Source of the DNA: Eledone cirrhosa
Lineage: Eukaryota
Direction of reading: 5' to 3'
NCBI GenBank assembly: GCA_964016885.1
Contig: OZ024744.1
Span: 87,420,001-87,484,000, forward strand
DNA length: 64,000 bases
Made by a program: the position numbers and the translations under genes
The notes under the pieces: model-generated
What the model saw: only the letters and a program-made list of their open reading frames with translations
Told to the model about the DNA's origin: nothing
The model's database searches: none
In this document: positions 49,581 to 64,000 of the stretch, one piece after another
Layout of the letters: every line of letters starts with the position of its first letter
Numbering within the stretch: position 1 is the stretch's first letter

Positions 49581-49929
49581 CAGACAGAGGACATAGTTTA
49601 CAATATCAGAATGATCATCGCATTAATTGGAAACAAATCTCTTCACCGCAAAACAAAATAGGCTCTCGTACATCTTACAACTTGCAAGATTTTCTACATC
49701 GCAAATTCCAACCGATCGCTCTGGTTCTTCGAGAAGATGGGCTATTTCAACATTTTCGGCATCATTATATTCATTTCCTCAACTATGATCATTCTGTAAT
49801 TAATCCTGCGGAGAAAGATTATATACCTGGAGCTCATTTTGTATTGACATCTACATTGCACAAAAACACGGCAATATTCCTCCCTATGGTTTCTTCACCT
49901 AATCAATATCCTCACCACGAATATATATA

Positions 49930-50165
49930 TATATATAAGAACAAAAGATGGTTAAAAGAGTTCCATGTATTTTATTATGCGCATTTCAAAAACAAATATC
50001 ATCATGCAATAATATTTGTGTTTTCATCAGATAAAACAGGAAGACATGATATGAAGGTTAAAAAACACGTGTGGATAGTGCAGTTTTAAATCAACATATC
50101 ATGTTTTTGAAATGCGCATAATAAAATACATGGAACTCTTTTAACCATCTTTTGTTCTTATATAT
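49930..50165. mobile_element. Head-to-head foldback element with ~63-bp arms
   Basis: 49930-49993 is the reverse complement of ~50102-50165. Confidence 0.9.
49969..50037 (-). ncRNA. Type I hammerhead with long stem II
   Basis: gttttat-CTGATGA-aaacacaaatatta..tgatatttgttttt-GAAA-TGCGCA-TA-ataaaat. 7-bp stem I and palindromic stem III. Confidence 0.85.
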
Positions 50166-50289
50166 TATGTATACTCCAGTCCTACAAACTGTAGAGTGCT
50201 TCTTATCCGATATCTGCATTGCTTTATTGTACTACAATAAAACTCACCTCCTACATATATATATATATATATATATATAGATGTACATT

Positions 50290-50420
50290 TGTGGAGGTGT
50301 GTGACATAGGTGTTAGGGTTTCGCTCCACGATCATAAGGTCGTGAGTTCCATTCCTACTCACACAAAGGTAGAACACTGTTTCCTTGAGCAAAACACTTT
50401 ATTCTACGTTGCTACAGTGA
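50290..50420 (+). mobile_element. OR1-like SINE remnant
   Basis: cacgatcataaggtcgtgagttccattcc...ttccttgagcaaaacacttta. Confidence 0.7.
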
Positions 50421-50602
50421 TCTGTAGACTTACCTTCCCTATCTAAAATATTAACAATATCAAAAGCTCTAGTAACAGAACAAGATGATCTGTTGCTGAG
50501 TCCGCCTCTCAATTTTCGAATCTAGGTTGAGATTGTGCCGTCACTTTGCTTTTATATATATATATAAAAGCAAAGTGACGGGATATATATGTACATATAT
50601 AT

Positions 50603-50698
<96 letters not shown>

Positions 50699-51661
50699 CT
50701 CTCTCTTTATTTCCCATACACACACACGCATATACGCTTACATAACAAAATCATATATCTTTTAATGTTAAATATTTTCCCAACGTGATTCCCTGTACTG
50801 GGTAAGATGTGGCTTACCTCCTCTTTGATGCGACATCACGCGTCACTAGAGGGAGTACTACTGCCTTCAATTGCAACCAGCAACTGAGGGAACTAACACG
50901 CCATTTTTCCTTAACAGAGAGGCGAACTCCCGCTGATGAAACATTCCAAACGCCTTGTCACGTAATGTGTATTATCATTACCTAACATTCTGCACATGAC
51001 TGCACTTTTCGGTGCATGAGAAGCAGATTGGGATCGTGGAAAATGTTACAGCAGTCCGGCTACCGTGCCATCTTACCGCCATGAAGTCGTCATCCTCACT
51101 GAGTTCGAATTTTAATAATTTAATTTGAAATTAGTTGTTCATTGAATGAGTGGGGACACCGGAGAAGTTATGTCTGTTCTATTCGTCTTGCTTCATCTAT
51201 TTATAAATAAGTATATATATACTTATTTATATATTTATATTAGAATATTGGGGCTCTGGGCCTTAGCACTTGCCAGTTCAACTGCTAGTTCCAGACGCTA
51301 GAGCTCAGCCGTCGCGCCCCGTCTTGTTCTAATATAGTCTTACTCTACTATCCCAAGTATCGAGTACTCTGTTGAATAATGTCCCAACTGGTTTAAAACT
51401 GGTTCAATCCTGATATATATATATAATAGACTGCATTCTGTGACCACTGTATCACGTGTTAATTCCTCACTCCGCCTCTCGAGAATTTCTTACATGATAC
51501 GAACGCGTCAATAAACAGTCTTTTTTTTTAGGGATCTCTCGACAAGCCTTATCAACCTCACAGCAATAATGCACTTCTAAAGTGCATATTGTTGTAAACA
51601 GATTCGGCGAAACTGCAATCGGGACTTTGAATAAAAAATAGGTTTATGTTTGTCTATTATA

Positions 51662-51742
<81 letters not shown>

Positions 51743-52828
51743 ATTCTCTCCCTCTCTCCCTCTTTCTCTCTCTCTCCCTCTTTCATTCCCTCTCTCTCTC
51801 TAAGGACTGAATTCGTCATTTAAATTAGATTGCACCGAACTCTGATGGGAATCTATCTGAGCCAAACTCCATTAAATACGTTCTAGACCGAGAGTCTGTT
51901 TTGTCATTTACACGTCTTCATGCTCACTATCATGGACGGGTGGATAAGGATTTTATTGTTCAGTCATTAGGTTTCGTGTTCAATCTTACTGCGTGATATC
52001 TTGGGCAAGCATCATTTACATGGGGTGATCCGTATTGTGTGAGTGATATTAGGTAGACGGAAACTGCTTAGAAGTTAATCAGATGGATTGTAAGAGTAAG
52101 TCAAATAGCAATCTTTAACACATCCTGTCACATTGAATCTTACTGCATTTATGTCATAAGCAGCTCATCGCCATAACCAAATGTAGTCCATTCGATATTT
52201 CATTTCCGTACACCAACAAACGACTTACTTTCAACTTAAATACCCTTTATAGCCTTCTTACAAACCTAACATCAACGTTATTCTTGTGCTACATAAATCC
52301 GAGAAGCATGTCATCTTCTCGTGAATAGAGGCCTAGGAAATAGTCACGATTGGTAAAATTCAGATTTTGTTAACTCACAAAGATTAAATCACTGCCTATG
52401 CCACAAAAATAAACTACAACCTAACACTCACCAGTTTTGCCAAAAAATGGGAATTCAGCTTACTTAACATTTTAAGCCTCGCAATCGGTGATGAATTTTG
52501 CCGGTGATCACTTATTTATGGCAACATAAGTGCCTCCTCAAAACAATGTTTCCCCTCAAATCTCAATACAGTGCAATTTAAACCTGTAATAGTCAAACTG
52601 GTTAGAAATCAGAGACTGGTGTGATCCATCTGTACCCTGCTTCCTCTTAAAACCATTCTAGACTCTATTCTTAAAGAAGACTATTTGGCTGATTGCCAAA
52701 ACATAAATTACTATAACCGATATCCAACATGTATATTTGTTTGTGTTTGTATGTGTGTAAGTGTGAAGATATGGAAAGGTTTACATACAAACATATATGT
52801 GTGCGAACACACACACACATACACACAT

Positions 52829-52912
<84 letters not shown>

Positions 52913-53079
52913 GCGTGTAGAGAAAAAGAGAGAGGGGGTAGAGAGAAAAAGAGTGAGAGAAATATAGAAAGATAGTGAGAGAGAGAGAGGGGGGGGGGGG
53001 GAGATAGTCATACAGACAAACAGATAGGTATACATTTAGATAGATAAATAGATAAATAAATAGATAGATAAATAAATAA

Positions 53080-53160
<81 letters not shown>

Positions 53161-53422
53161 AAGACAATTAGATAGATAGAAGGTGAAGAAGTTGACTTCG
53201 GAATCATAGGATTCTCGTCTCAATAACATTGTATGTGAAGGAAACTGATTAGTCGGAAATTCTATGAAAGGTTATGGCAGAACTAATATCTATAAATTAA
53301 AGGTTCAGCATTGTTACCCACTGTGTAACGCCAAATCTTGCTGTGAATACTGTTAAAAATACACGTGTCTGTGCAATGCTTGGTCACTCACTCGTTAAGT
53401 AATATCTATATATATATAAGTA

Positions 53423-53522
53423 CAGGGTTTTCTCAAAAATGTATACACACTTTGATTACCTGTACAGGCAATATTTATTAGAATGCTGTTGAAGTGTGTA
53501 TACATTTTGGGGGGACACCCTG
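53423..53522. mobile_element. Tc1/mariner-type MITE
   Basis: TA-CAGGGT..aaaatgtatacacactt / aagtgtgtatacatttt..ACCCTG-TA. Confidence 0.85.
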
Positions 53523-53774
53523 TATATATATATCACGATAAATTAACGGAGCCATAGGCCCTCACCATTCCCTCGCTCCTTATAACAGTCTTTCCTATCA
53601 CTCTGTTTGGTTGAGCACACTTCACTGAGTGGTTTTGGGCTGCCCTTTCTAGCAGCTCGTCCCTCAGAGGCCACTGGTTCACTGCCCTTAAACACGCTGT
53701 GACTTCTCTCTCCCACGTGTAGCTGGACAGTCACTTTTAAAATTCTCTTAGTGTTGTCTGAAATGTATAGCCTT

Positions 53775-53854
53775 ACATACGCTGATGAACCGAGGTTATT
53801 CTATTTCTGTCAACAAATTACTGGCGAAACATCTCTTTGGATTTGTACGTGTGT
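53775..53854 (+). ncRNA. Type I hammerhead with extended stem III
   Basis: acatacg-CTGATGA-37 nt-GAAAC-atct-cttt-ggat-tt-GTA-cgtgtgt. 7-bp stem I, imperfect stem II. Confidence 0.75.
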
Positions 53855-54030
53855 TATATAGTTATAGAGGTATTTATTTACGCTTTAATTTATATTTTTA
53901 ATTATCGTGTCTATAGTCTGCCTTTCATAGGTTATAGATTCCATACACTGGTGGTTTTTTCCCTGTTTTATTGATAGCGCACTGTATATCTCTCTCTGGT
54001 GTGTTGCCTTTTCAAGATTTTCAACATATT

Positions 54031-54260
<230 letters not shown>

Positions 54261-54530
54261 CTTCTGCCTGGAGTTGCGACCGATAGATAGTAACAGCAAT
54301 TGGAAAGACAAATGTAAACATTGTTTCCTCGGTCCGATTTGACGAGCTCCAGCACACTGTCGATATATATATATGTGTGTGTGTACATCTATTAGTGCTT
54401 CTTTGCTTCTCATTTTATTTTTAATTTACAGAGAAATACGTATATTTGGCATGTTTACATGTTTGCTAAAACGCTTATATATATACAGATATATATACAG
54501 ATATAAATGTTTATATATACATACATACAA

Positions 54531-54616
<86 letters not shown>

Positions 54617-54631
54617 CTGTGTGTATGTATA

Positions 54632-55233
54632 TACAAATAAAATACAGTTATTAACTCATATTGATACCCTGTAATTAACAAGCTCAAAGTATAAATACTG
54701 AGCATTATATAATAATAATAATATATGTAGAAATAAACACAGAGGATTCTGTGTCTAAAATTACGAGGGTAGATATACCACAAATGTTTTATATATTTAA
54801 TCTGAATCATACAGTGAGATATAGAATTTATACAGACCGTATAAATAACCATTTCATCTCTCGGACAGATTAGAGATTTAATCTGTTTCGCCCTGAAAAT
54901 TGTATTTGTAACAGATAATCCGTAGATTATTCCTCAGCGAGAGATAAGATCAAATGAAACAAAACACCTCTAACAAGAACTCTCAGGCGTAAAATACACC
55001 TCATGGGTTGTAAGCTATACGTGGTATGCGTGGTTGTGTTAGAAATAATAGCCTTATTACACTCAACTTATAAGCTTACCTAGTTAGGGAGCCGAAATAC
55101 AAATAAAATAAAATACAGAGTTATTAACTCATATTGATACCCTGTAATTAACAAGCTCAAAGTATAAATACTGAGCATTATATAATAATAATATATCTAG
55201 AAATAAACACAGAGAATTCTGTGTCTAAAATTA
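54632..55233 (-). mobile_element. ~475-nt non-coding HHR unit with ~125-nt terminal direct repeat (family D)
   Basis: 54632-54763 is repeated at ~55104-55233. TA-rich microsatellite flanks. Confidence 0.85.
54856..54945 (-). ncRNA. Type I hammerhead with perfect stems I and III and an atypical stem II domain
   Basis: atctctcg-CTGAGGA-ataatc-tacg-gattat-ctg..cag-ggc-GAA-ACAGATTA-aatctc-TAATCTGT-C-cgagagat. Confidence 0.85.
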
Positions 55234-55244
55234 CTATGTATATA

Positions 55245-55337
<93 letters not shown>

Positions 55338-55678
55338 ATGATATTAGGGTTTCAGAAATCAAATGCTACACAATCACCTGGGGCCATGCAAATCGAGTCA
55401 TTCCGGATGCCTTCCGCTCTCTTGATCAAATCAAGAATATTTTTCCGGATCAGAGTGGACTCTTTAGATACAGTGGAGATACGATGATATACACACAAGA
55501 GCAATAGGGTTTATCAATGAAATTAATTAAACAATGATATTAATAGTTACCCATAACACGTGGTTTCCAATGCGCCAAATTTATTTATTGCATTTGCATT
55601 ACCAAGTGTACATTGAACAGTTAATTACATAAGTAATCTAGGACTCGCAAGCACTCTCCTCGTTGGGTTTGTCTAGTG

Positions 55679-56237
55679 CAGGGGTTCCCAACCGTTTTTG
55701 TCGTTATCGCCCACTTTTCCACACACAAAAATTCCCATCGCCCACCTGTGCAGTAATTTTAAGGACGCAAAAATAAAGCATTATTCAGAACGGTTGCTTA
55801 AAATTGAAACATTTATTGAGATGAAATATTGTAAAATAGACATTCGGAGTTGAAACGTTATTCAGAAGAATGAAGTTTTTGATTGCTAAATGTTTCTCAA
55901 TGAAACAAAATTGAAAAATGATACATGTATTAAATGTTCAACAAACTCACCATGTTTAGTTTTCAGTGTTATCCTTGAGTTGAAAATCAGTTGAAAACAG
56001 ATGAATTACAGTCAGACAGCTGGATACTACTCCCTACTAGGGAAGAGCGAATCCGAGCTCTGTGATTACAGCGTACCGGCCATTATATGATCAATAACAT
56101 ACTTAACTACCGAAAATCCTTTGTCGCCCACCAAAATTTTAGATCATCCACCATTATCCTAAAAAATTCGTTCATCGCCCACCCGATAGTTGAAATCGCC
56201 CACCGGTGGGCGATATCGCCCAGGTTGGGAAACCCTG
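55679..56237. mobile_element. hAT-family (Charlie-like) non-autonomous element
   Basis: TIRs CAGGGGTTCCCAACC / GGTTGGGAAACCCTG, perfect 8-bp TSD GTCTAGTG, subterminal ATCGCCCAC repeats at both ends. Confidence 0.95.
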
Positions 56238-57244
56238 GTCTAGTGTTTCCAGACCAAGTATGCTGATCATATTACCGCTCGTGCACTGCCAAGCCTAGAT
56301 TAGTAAGAGTAGCGGTATATGATTTAGCATTCGGTAACCTTATAGAATAGGTCATTCTAAACGTATCGGTCAGGGAATTGATGGCGGGAATGAGCAAGAC
56401 ATATTCATTCACGACATCTGAAACACTCGATAGAAAGAGAGACGGGTGGAAGATTATATATTCACTTGAACCATTTATTGCTTATTGTGTGCATATAAAT
56501 ATATAGAGAAGGGTAGTGAGAAAGAGAAAAATGAATTCTCTATCGTCATCGATATTTAAAAACAAAACATAACGATATGTAAGATCTTGTCTCAATTGTG
56601 TTATCTTTCGAGAGAACTTAGAAAAATATCTGTTTTAGATAGAGCAATCGGATGTTGTGACCTTCATACTTATCTGGAAGGTATTAGTAAAGTAAGTGAA
56701 GCGCAATTGCTTCGACAGGAAATAGAAACTGCGCCGCAGTCTCATGTTTGCTTGAAGCTTAATTCGTACTGTAACTACATTCGTCATAAATTCATATAGT
56801 AATCACTAATTAGTGACATTATATATGACTCATGTACCCACCAACGGTATCAAACAATCAAATTTTTTCTCTCGACAGAAGTCAAGAACCCCAATTTGCC
56901 TTTATGGGAAGCATTGTAGCAGAATCAGCCGACTTATAAATCGTATCGTTTTTCCGCATAAAATTTCCTCAGAGAACATTCCAAACTGAATTCAGTAGGG
57001 AAGCTAAACGCCTTGGAACAAGACACTGCCCGCAGCGATCCACTACAGTTTTTTCTCCATAGCAGCAAGTCGATTCGCTCACTGCTTCCACTGCTATGGG
57101 GGGAAAAGGGGATAAAGTCTCTTCCTGTGTTTAAAATGCCTCCTTTCAAATTGCCATGTTCATTATTTTACTACAACTAGATTATAGAATACCCGCTAGG
57201 TGTCTTTACTCACCCCCTGTCACTCTGTCTCATCTCACAACAGT

Positions 57245-57910
<666 letters not shown>

Positions 57911-58123
57911 AACAATCCACGCTTAGTTTCACCAGCAACGGGCAAATGAGAAAAATAAAATCTAAGACAATTTAGGCAAAAGACTCACTTCGTCGAAACC
58001 TCTCTTTAAATAGTTATACTAGAACACGGTATAACTGAACATTTTAAAGATAAACTTAAGGTAGATACATGTACCTTTTTTTTTTACACAGGTGCCTCCA
58101 CTGTGAACTGAAGATATTGTTAA

Positions 58124-58545
58124 TCCTTTAGCATTCACATTATTTTATATATAATAGGCGGTGGATTGGCAGTATCGGTAGAGGGTCGGACGCCATGCTT
58201 TCCAGCATAGTTACGTCCCTTTACAATCTGAGTTCAAATCCCGCCGAGGTTGACTTTGCCTTTCATCCTTACGGGGTCGATAAAATAAGGTACCATTAAT
58301 GCACTAGGTCATTGCTGGCCTTGTGCCTAAAGTAGAAACAATTATTTTATATATACTATTATATCTTCATGGTAAATGCTTTACCTCGCATAATTATCTC
58401 ACATAATATCGAATCTATGAGATTTTGAAAGCATTCATTTTGAGAACAATACCTTAACATCATTTTGAGCGACCAGTTACAGCCAGTTTCAATAGAAAGA
58501 GGTAGAGAATTCTGGCCGGTTTTGGCCGGTTCGAACATTAAAAGG
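58124..58545. mobile_element. Putative TTAA-flanked (piggyBac-like) MITE hosting a SINE
   Basis: TTAA-tcctttagcattc ... gaacattaaaagg-TTAA. TIRs are degenerate. Confidence 0.45.
58157..58345 (+). mobile_element. Full-length OR2-like tRNA-derived SINE with apparent 15-bp TSD
   Basis: A-box-like tggcagtatcgg, B-box GAGTTCAAATCC. attattttatatata at 58139-58153 and 58341-58355. Confidence 0.9.
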
Positions 58546-59236
58546 TTAAGTGTAATTACTTTCAAATATTCCCCATTAAACATATTATTCTAATGAATTT
58601 CGAACAATAGTATGCATGCATCTGAGAATATCTACTCCTAAGATTGGGAGAATATTTTCTATAGCATTGTTATTTATGTTATTGAGAATATAGAAAACCC
58701 CTATAAATTTTCTTTGATATAACAATATTTGTTTAATGGCGATATTACAGTGATGTTATAGAGTTGGATATTTGTTCAAATCTCATCGTAGTCTGCTTTG
58801 TGATCTTTAAAGAAAATACCAGCTCGTTACTGGTGCAGCATTCTTTCCCTCACGTTGTCACATCTCAGATATTCTCTTCGTTCACGGGGTGGGGTAACAG
58901 GATGTCAGTGGCTGCTTTCAACTGTATAAGTACTTTAATCCATTAGTAGAATCAAAGTCCGTAGATTTAATGTGTAATTAAAATAAAGCAGATTTATATC
59001 CTATTTCTAGCAGTTCCAATGGCCAAGTAGAATCTTTCTTTTCGATCAGTATTTAGTCAAGCTTTTGTCACTGTCATTAATGTTTAATTATGAATAATTT
59101 AATTAAGGCTACTTTTACTCATTTAATTTAGCATTTAATTATGTATTTGTATGTGCGATTGTGGTAGATTGCTCACCAGCCCTCGGTATTATATGTCAGT
59201 AACCTGGTTTCAATTGCATTACATGTGGCCATGTTG

Positions 59237-59281
<45 letters not shown>

Positions 59282-59484
59282 GAAAGGGAGCAAAGGGTAG
59301 AGAGGGGAAAGTTGAGGTCGGGAAGACAACAGTGGTTAGTAGTTTAAAAAAGAGAAAGTTGAAAGAACACAAGGTCAGACAGACACCCACACAAACATAT
59401 ACACGCATACCGACATAGACACACATGCACACACACACACACAAATATATATATATATATATCCCCCCCCCCCCCCATATATAC

Positions 59485-59517
<33 letters not shown>

Positions 59518-59519
59518 GA

Positions 59520-59598
<79 letters not shown>

Positions 59599-59667
59599 AG
59601 AGAGAGAGAGAGAGTGGGAGAGAGAGAGATGAACAGATAAATGGATGCATAGGCTGATAAGTAGATA

Positions 59668-61978
59668 TATTTCTTTATTAGCCACAAAGGCGCACAAGAA
59701 AAGAGGACAATACAAAGACATATGCCGGGGATTTTACATACAGTCGTGTCAAAATATTATTAAAATAAACAAATTTAACAATCGAAATCCCCAATAGGGG
59801 GGGGGGGGGGCGTTACACATGTGTTATTTAATACCCCGTCGATAGAACAACCCTCAACTCCAGGAACGTGTTGTTCAAGTGCCCCTTTCTTCTTTTTGCA
59901 CTCTTGCTATATTCAACCACCTTTCAGTAAATTTACTGAGGTGCAGTGCCTCTCTCTCCACTCTCATTCTCCTTCTAAAGTGGTACCAAAAGAAGGGGAT
60001 GAGTTGTTGTCCAGAGAGAAAGGCATCTGTCCTCAGTCCTCTCAACCTCGTCCACCATATAACCTCTTTCACCATAGCCACTATACAGATGAAAACCGCC
60101 TCTCTTTCGTTTTTGAAAGAGGCTGGCGGTTTGATCCTTACTATGGACTCGGCAGTCAACTGGATTTGTTCCATACGCGACAGCAGTTTTTCTGCGTAGT
60201 TCCACAGGTCGGTTACAGGGCAGTGTACAATTGCGTGGAAGACGGTTTCAATGTCCTGCTCGCATCTTGGACACGTCCTCTTGGAAGGATCTCTGCCGGG
60301 GCGTCCGTGCCTGTAGATCTTATCTCGAACTGGTAGAGCTCCTCGGTAGCACTGCCAGGCCAGTGACCTTTGGAAGTTGTCCATGGGTCCCGGGCGGAAA
60401 GTTCTACCGAACAGACTGGTGAGCTCGTCGTCTTCGACGCCCAGAGTCTCTCCGAGCACGTCGTCGCAATTGTGACGTAGAAACCCTCTATAGAATGTCG
60501 AAGTGGAGTCTCCACTGATTGCTGTGCCCGCTTGCCAGAGGACATGAGCGCCTGAGCGCATTCAATGTTCAAGGCGCCCATCTTCAGCGGTCTCCGCTTG
60601 ACCCAGGACTGCAGCTCCCTCAGCGAGACAAGTTGCGGGAAGGCCTGTTTCACAAACGGTGCCGACACCGATTGTTCGGTGAGGAATACCTGGAAGTGCC
60701 GAAGCCTCAGCGCATGCATTCCCACACCTCCGTTGGAAGGGTGCTGACAGCAGACGGATCTTCTCACCAGTAGAGCCTGCTTTTTCCAAAGGAACTGGAA
60801 GAGCATGCGTTCCATCTTGGTGATGTGTTCACGTGGGCAAGGCACGACGGTGGTAGTAGATGACGGACGCCATGAAAGTGTTCACCACCTCCGCTCGACC
60901 TTTCAAGGATAGTTTGCACTTTGCCCACTTCTGGATGAGCACACATACCTTGGCCGTCACCTCATTCCAGTTTTTCTCCACCTGGAGGTCCGGAATGAAC
61001 CAGACCGCCTTGAGAACCGCTTCCAAGTGTTGATGGTCGACCCTATCGAACGCTTTAGACTGATCTTAAATGATCAGAACCCCACCGAAGCCGGGTTTAC
61101 ACCCCTCTCTATGATGTATCGCATGTGGTGGAAGTTGTCGTGTATGGACCTGGTCGGGATTGCACACGTTTGTGCTTTCCCTACCATGTTCTCGACGACA
61201 AGCCCAGCCTCGTTGCTAACACCCTGGCCAAAATCTTTAACTCTGTGTTGAGCAGATTTATGGGCCTAAAGTTGCTTAGTTCGTCCCCCGTGTTCTCGTA
61301 TTTCCTGATCAGCGTTACTACGTCCTTGCCTGCAGAACTGGGAATTCTCCCGCTCTGCTGCCAGTTGCAGTAGACGGCTTCGAGGAAGCCAGAGAACAAG
61401 TTCTGCATGCCTATGTAAAACTCATAGGGTAGACCATCTAGGCCGGGTAATTTGCATTTCCTGCAGCGGCCCAGAGTGTCCCGCATCTCAGTGGCTGTGA
61501 TCGGTTTTTCGCAGAACTCGGCGTCCATGCTTGAGAGACGCGGCTGGCCGTCGATGTATGAACCGAAGTCCATTGCCCCTTTCGGCGCACCGTCGCTCTG
61601 ATCGAACAGTTGCGCACATCCGCTTGGGGTCAAGTAGCCCGCGTCCGTTTTGGTCTTTCAAAGACCGAATCGTGGACTTGTTGCCACTTTTCGCCTCTGC
61701 CACTCGGTCCTAGCTAACATCTTTTGCTCCCTCGTTTCCTAGAGCACGTGATTTACTTCTGACAACGCACCCTTCGTCGACATGTTCAGCTTCCAGTATC
61801 CGGGTCATTGACTATGTATTCTAACACGGTTGACTATGCAGGTGACTAGTTTGTGATCATAAGCAACCATGTACATTTGTGGACAGCTTAACATATTCTT
61901 GTCTCTCTCTCTCTCTAATGAAGAACCTATCTAAATACGATCTAGATGTCCCGCTAAGGTTTGTCCACGTCTACTGTG
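59668..61978 (-). mobile_element. Tx1/L1-like LINE ORF2, decayed, RT core partly deleted
   Basis: SRSYLDR, PGLDGLPYEFY, NFRPINLLNTELKILA, LSLKGRAEVVN, CPRCEQDIETVFHAIVHC. The 3' end tgtggctAATAAAG is shared with 36814. Confidence 0.9.
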
Positions 61979-61989
61979 TAGAGGAATAT

Positions 61990-62056
<67 letters not shown>

Positions 62057-62106
62057 GATAGAAAGGTATATAGATAGATAGTTAGTTAGATAATAGATAG
62101 AGAGAG

Positions 62107-62198
<92 letters not shown>

Positions 62199-62919
62199 TA
62201 CATATATACGTAAATAGATATATCGAGAGTGGTACGAAAATATCAAGAAATGCAGACGCACAAAGAATTAGATTCCATTCGTTTGATAATTTGTAGTACA
62301 TAAAAAAAGAAATGTAAACAAAAAGATAAAGTTACAAACAAACACAAATGAAAAAAAAACAACATAAAAATAAGTATAGAAGCACGAAACAAACAAATAT
62401 AAGATATTCAAGAAAAATCAAAATGAGAGTAACGAAAGAATCAAAGAAAAACAAACACAAACTAAACAGTACAAAGATGATACAGCAACAAAACAAAATT
62501 AGAAAAAGAAAAACAAAATGAAAGAAATGCGGCTAAGAGGAAATAAAAATATTCCAAATCTTTAATGATGTAGCGTCAAATAATAGGCCGGCAGGCTGAG
62601 AAGTAATATATTTAACAGAGATGCGAGTTGCACGTATGTTGCCGACCTTACTAATTGGCTATTTTCTTCAGGTGAGACCTGCTGAACGAACACCGAACGA
62701 ATGTTTTAACAGCATGCAGTGCCTCTTTGATGACAACTTTTACCGGAGATCTGTTTTTAACTTTGATGTAGGTCTAGAAGGTTAATGATGACAACAGAGA
62801 GATGTTCCGAAGCGGATCTCACACACTGGTCCCCTTGCCAAGGCGTGGAACCAACTTTCCCAAATAAGAGGTGAGAGAAGTTTTTGAACTTTTGCACGCC
62901 TCGTTCTCACGATACCTAT

Positions 62920-63006
<87 letters not shown>

Positions 63007-63189
63007 TGACATATATATATATATATAAACATGCATACATACATAAGAGGTGAGAGAAGTTTTAGAACTTGTGTACGCCTTATTCTCACGATATCTATTG
63101 CATACACACATACACACGCACAAACCTCTTCCACATACAAGCACATCTCTATATATATATATATATATAACATATATACAAGTATATAT

Positions 63190-63750
63190 TCATGCACCAT
63201 ACATACATACATGCATACATACATATAAACATACGTACACATAAACATACATACATACATACATTCATACACTCATACATACATACACACATACATAGAT
63301 ACACACATACATACGCGCATACATACAAACATACATAAATACATACATACATATATATATATACATATATGCTTACACATATACATGCATACATACAAAC
63401 ATACATAAATACATACATACATATATACATACATATATACATTCATATATTCATATATACATACATTCATACATACATACATACATACATACATACATAC
63501 ATACATAAATACATACATACATATATATATATATACATATATGCATACACATATACATGCATACATACAAACATACATAAATACATACATACATATATAC
63601 ATACATATATACATTCATATATTCATATATACATACATTCATACATACATACATACATACATACATACATACATACATACATACATACATACATACATAC
63701 ATACATACATACATACATACATACATACATACATACATACATGCATACAT
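63190..63750. repeat. (CATA)n-derived tract with a ~172-bp higher-order duplication
   Basis: gcatacatacaaacatacataaatac recurs at ~63317, ~63387 and ~63559. Confidence 0.85.
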
Positions 63751-64000
63751 GTAGTTCTTTCGTCATGCTTCGGGTATCTCCTCACTTGTCGTGTGTTTCT
63801 ATGACATACTTCTTTGCTAACTTACACCACTTTGAAATGAAAGCATTGATTTATTTTATGCTTCTATGTTTTAGACGAAAATACATAAATAGAAAGTATA
63901 AAGAAAATTAAATCTTTCCTTTGATATTCTCCATTTTTGTTGTCTAAAATAATGTTGTTGTTGTTGTTGTTTTCTTTACGTTATGTTATTGTTGCTAACC

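Noticed and set aside
49278-50089. ORFs spanning the N run
   Set aside because: Artefacts of the assembly gap.
50930-50965. CTGATGA near aaac..gtc
   Set aside because: No stem II and no GAAA.
56587-57160. Unique-looking sequence with 70-aa ORFs as a host exon
   Set aside because: No recognisable domain or consistent splice and frame evidence. Small host exons cannot be excluded without RNA data.

Overview
Eukaryotic, AT-rich, repeat-saturated window with one 200-N gap. I found no supportable host protein-coding gene. The tRNA-derived SINEs and the microsatellite style resemble an Octopus/coleoid cephalopod genome (inference from recalled family features, no search run). Nearly all ORF-track entries are microsatellite artefacts. 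The real coding remnants are decayed retroelements: Penelope-like elements (PLEs; Naiad-type and Neptune-type), Tx1/L1-like LINEs, a CR1-group LINE carrying a nested CRE-like element, an R4/Dong-like LINE and RTE fragments. There are also SINEs and hAT, Tc1/pogo and TTAA MITEs. The main hidden signal is about 20 type I hammerhead ribozyme (HHR) motifs, read by eye, from roughly ten unrelated families, almost all in short elements embedded in (TA)n tracts. They include a ~420-nt non-coding unit with head-to-tail continuity and a ~475-nt terminally redundant unit (both retrozyme-like), recurrent head-to-head foldbacks, and non-canonical cores. One Naiad PLE has stop codons at expected linker-cysteine positions, possibly a selenocysteine (SeNaiad) relic. 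Coordinates and pairings are manual, and TE boundaries are approximate.
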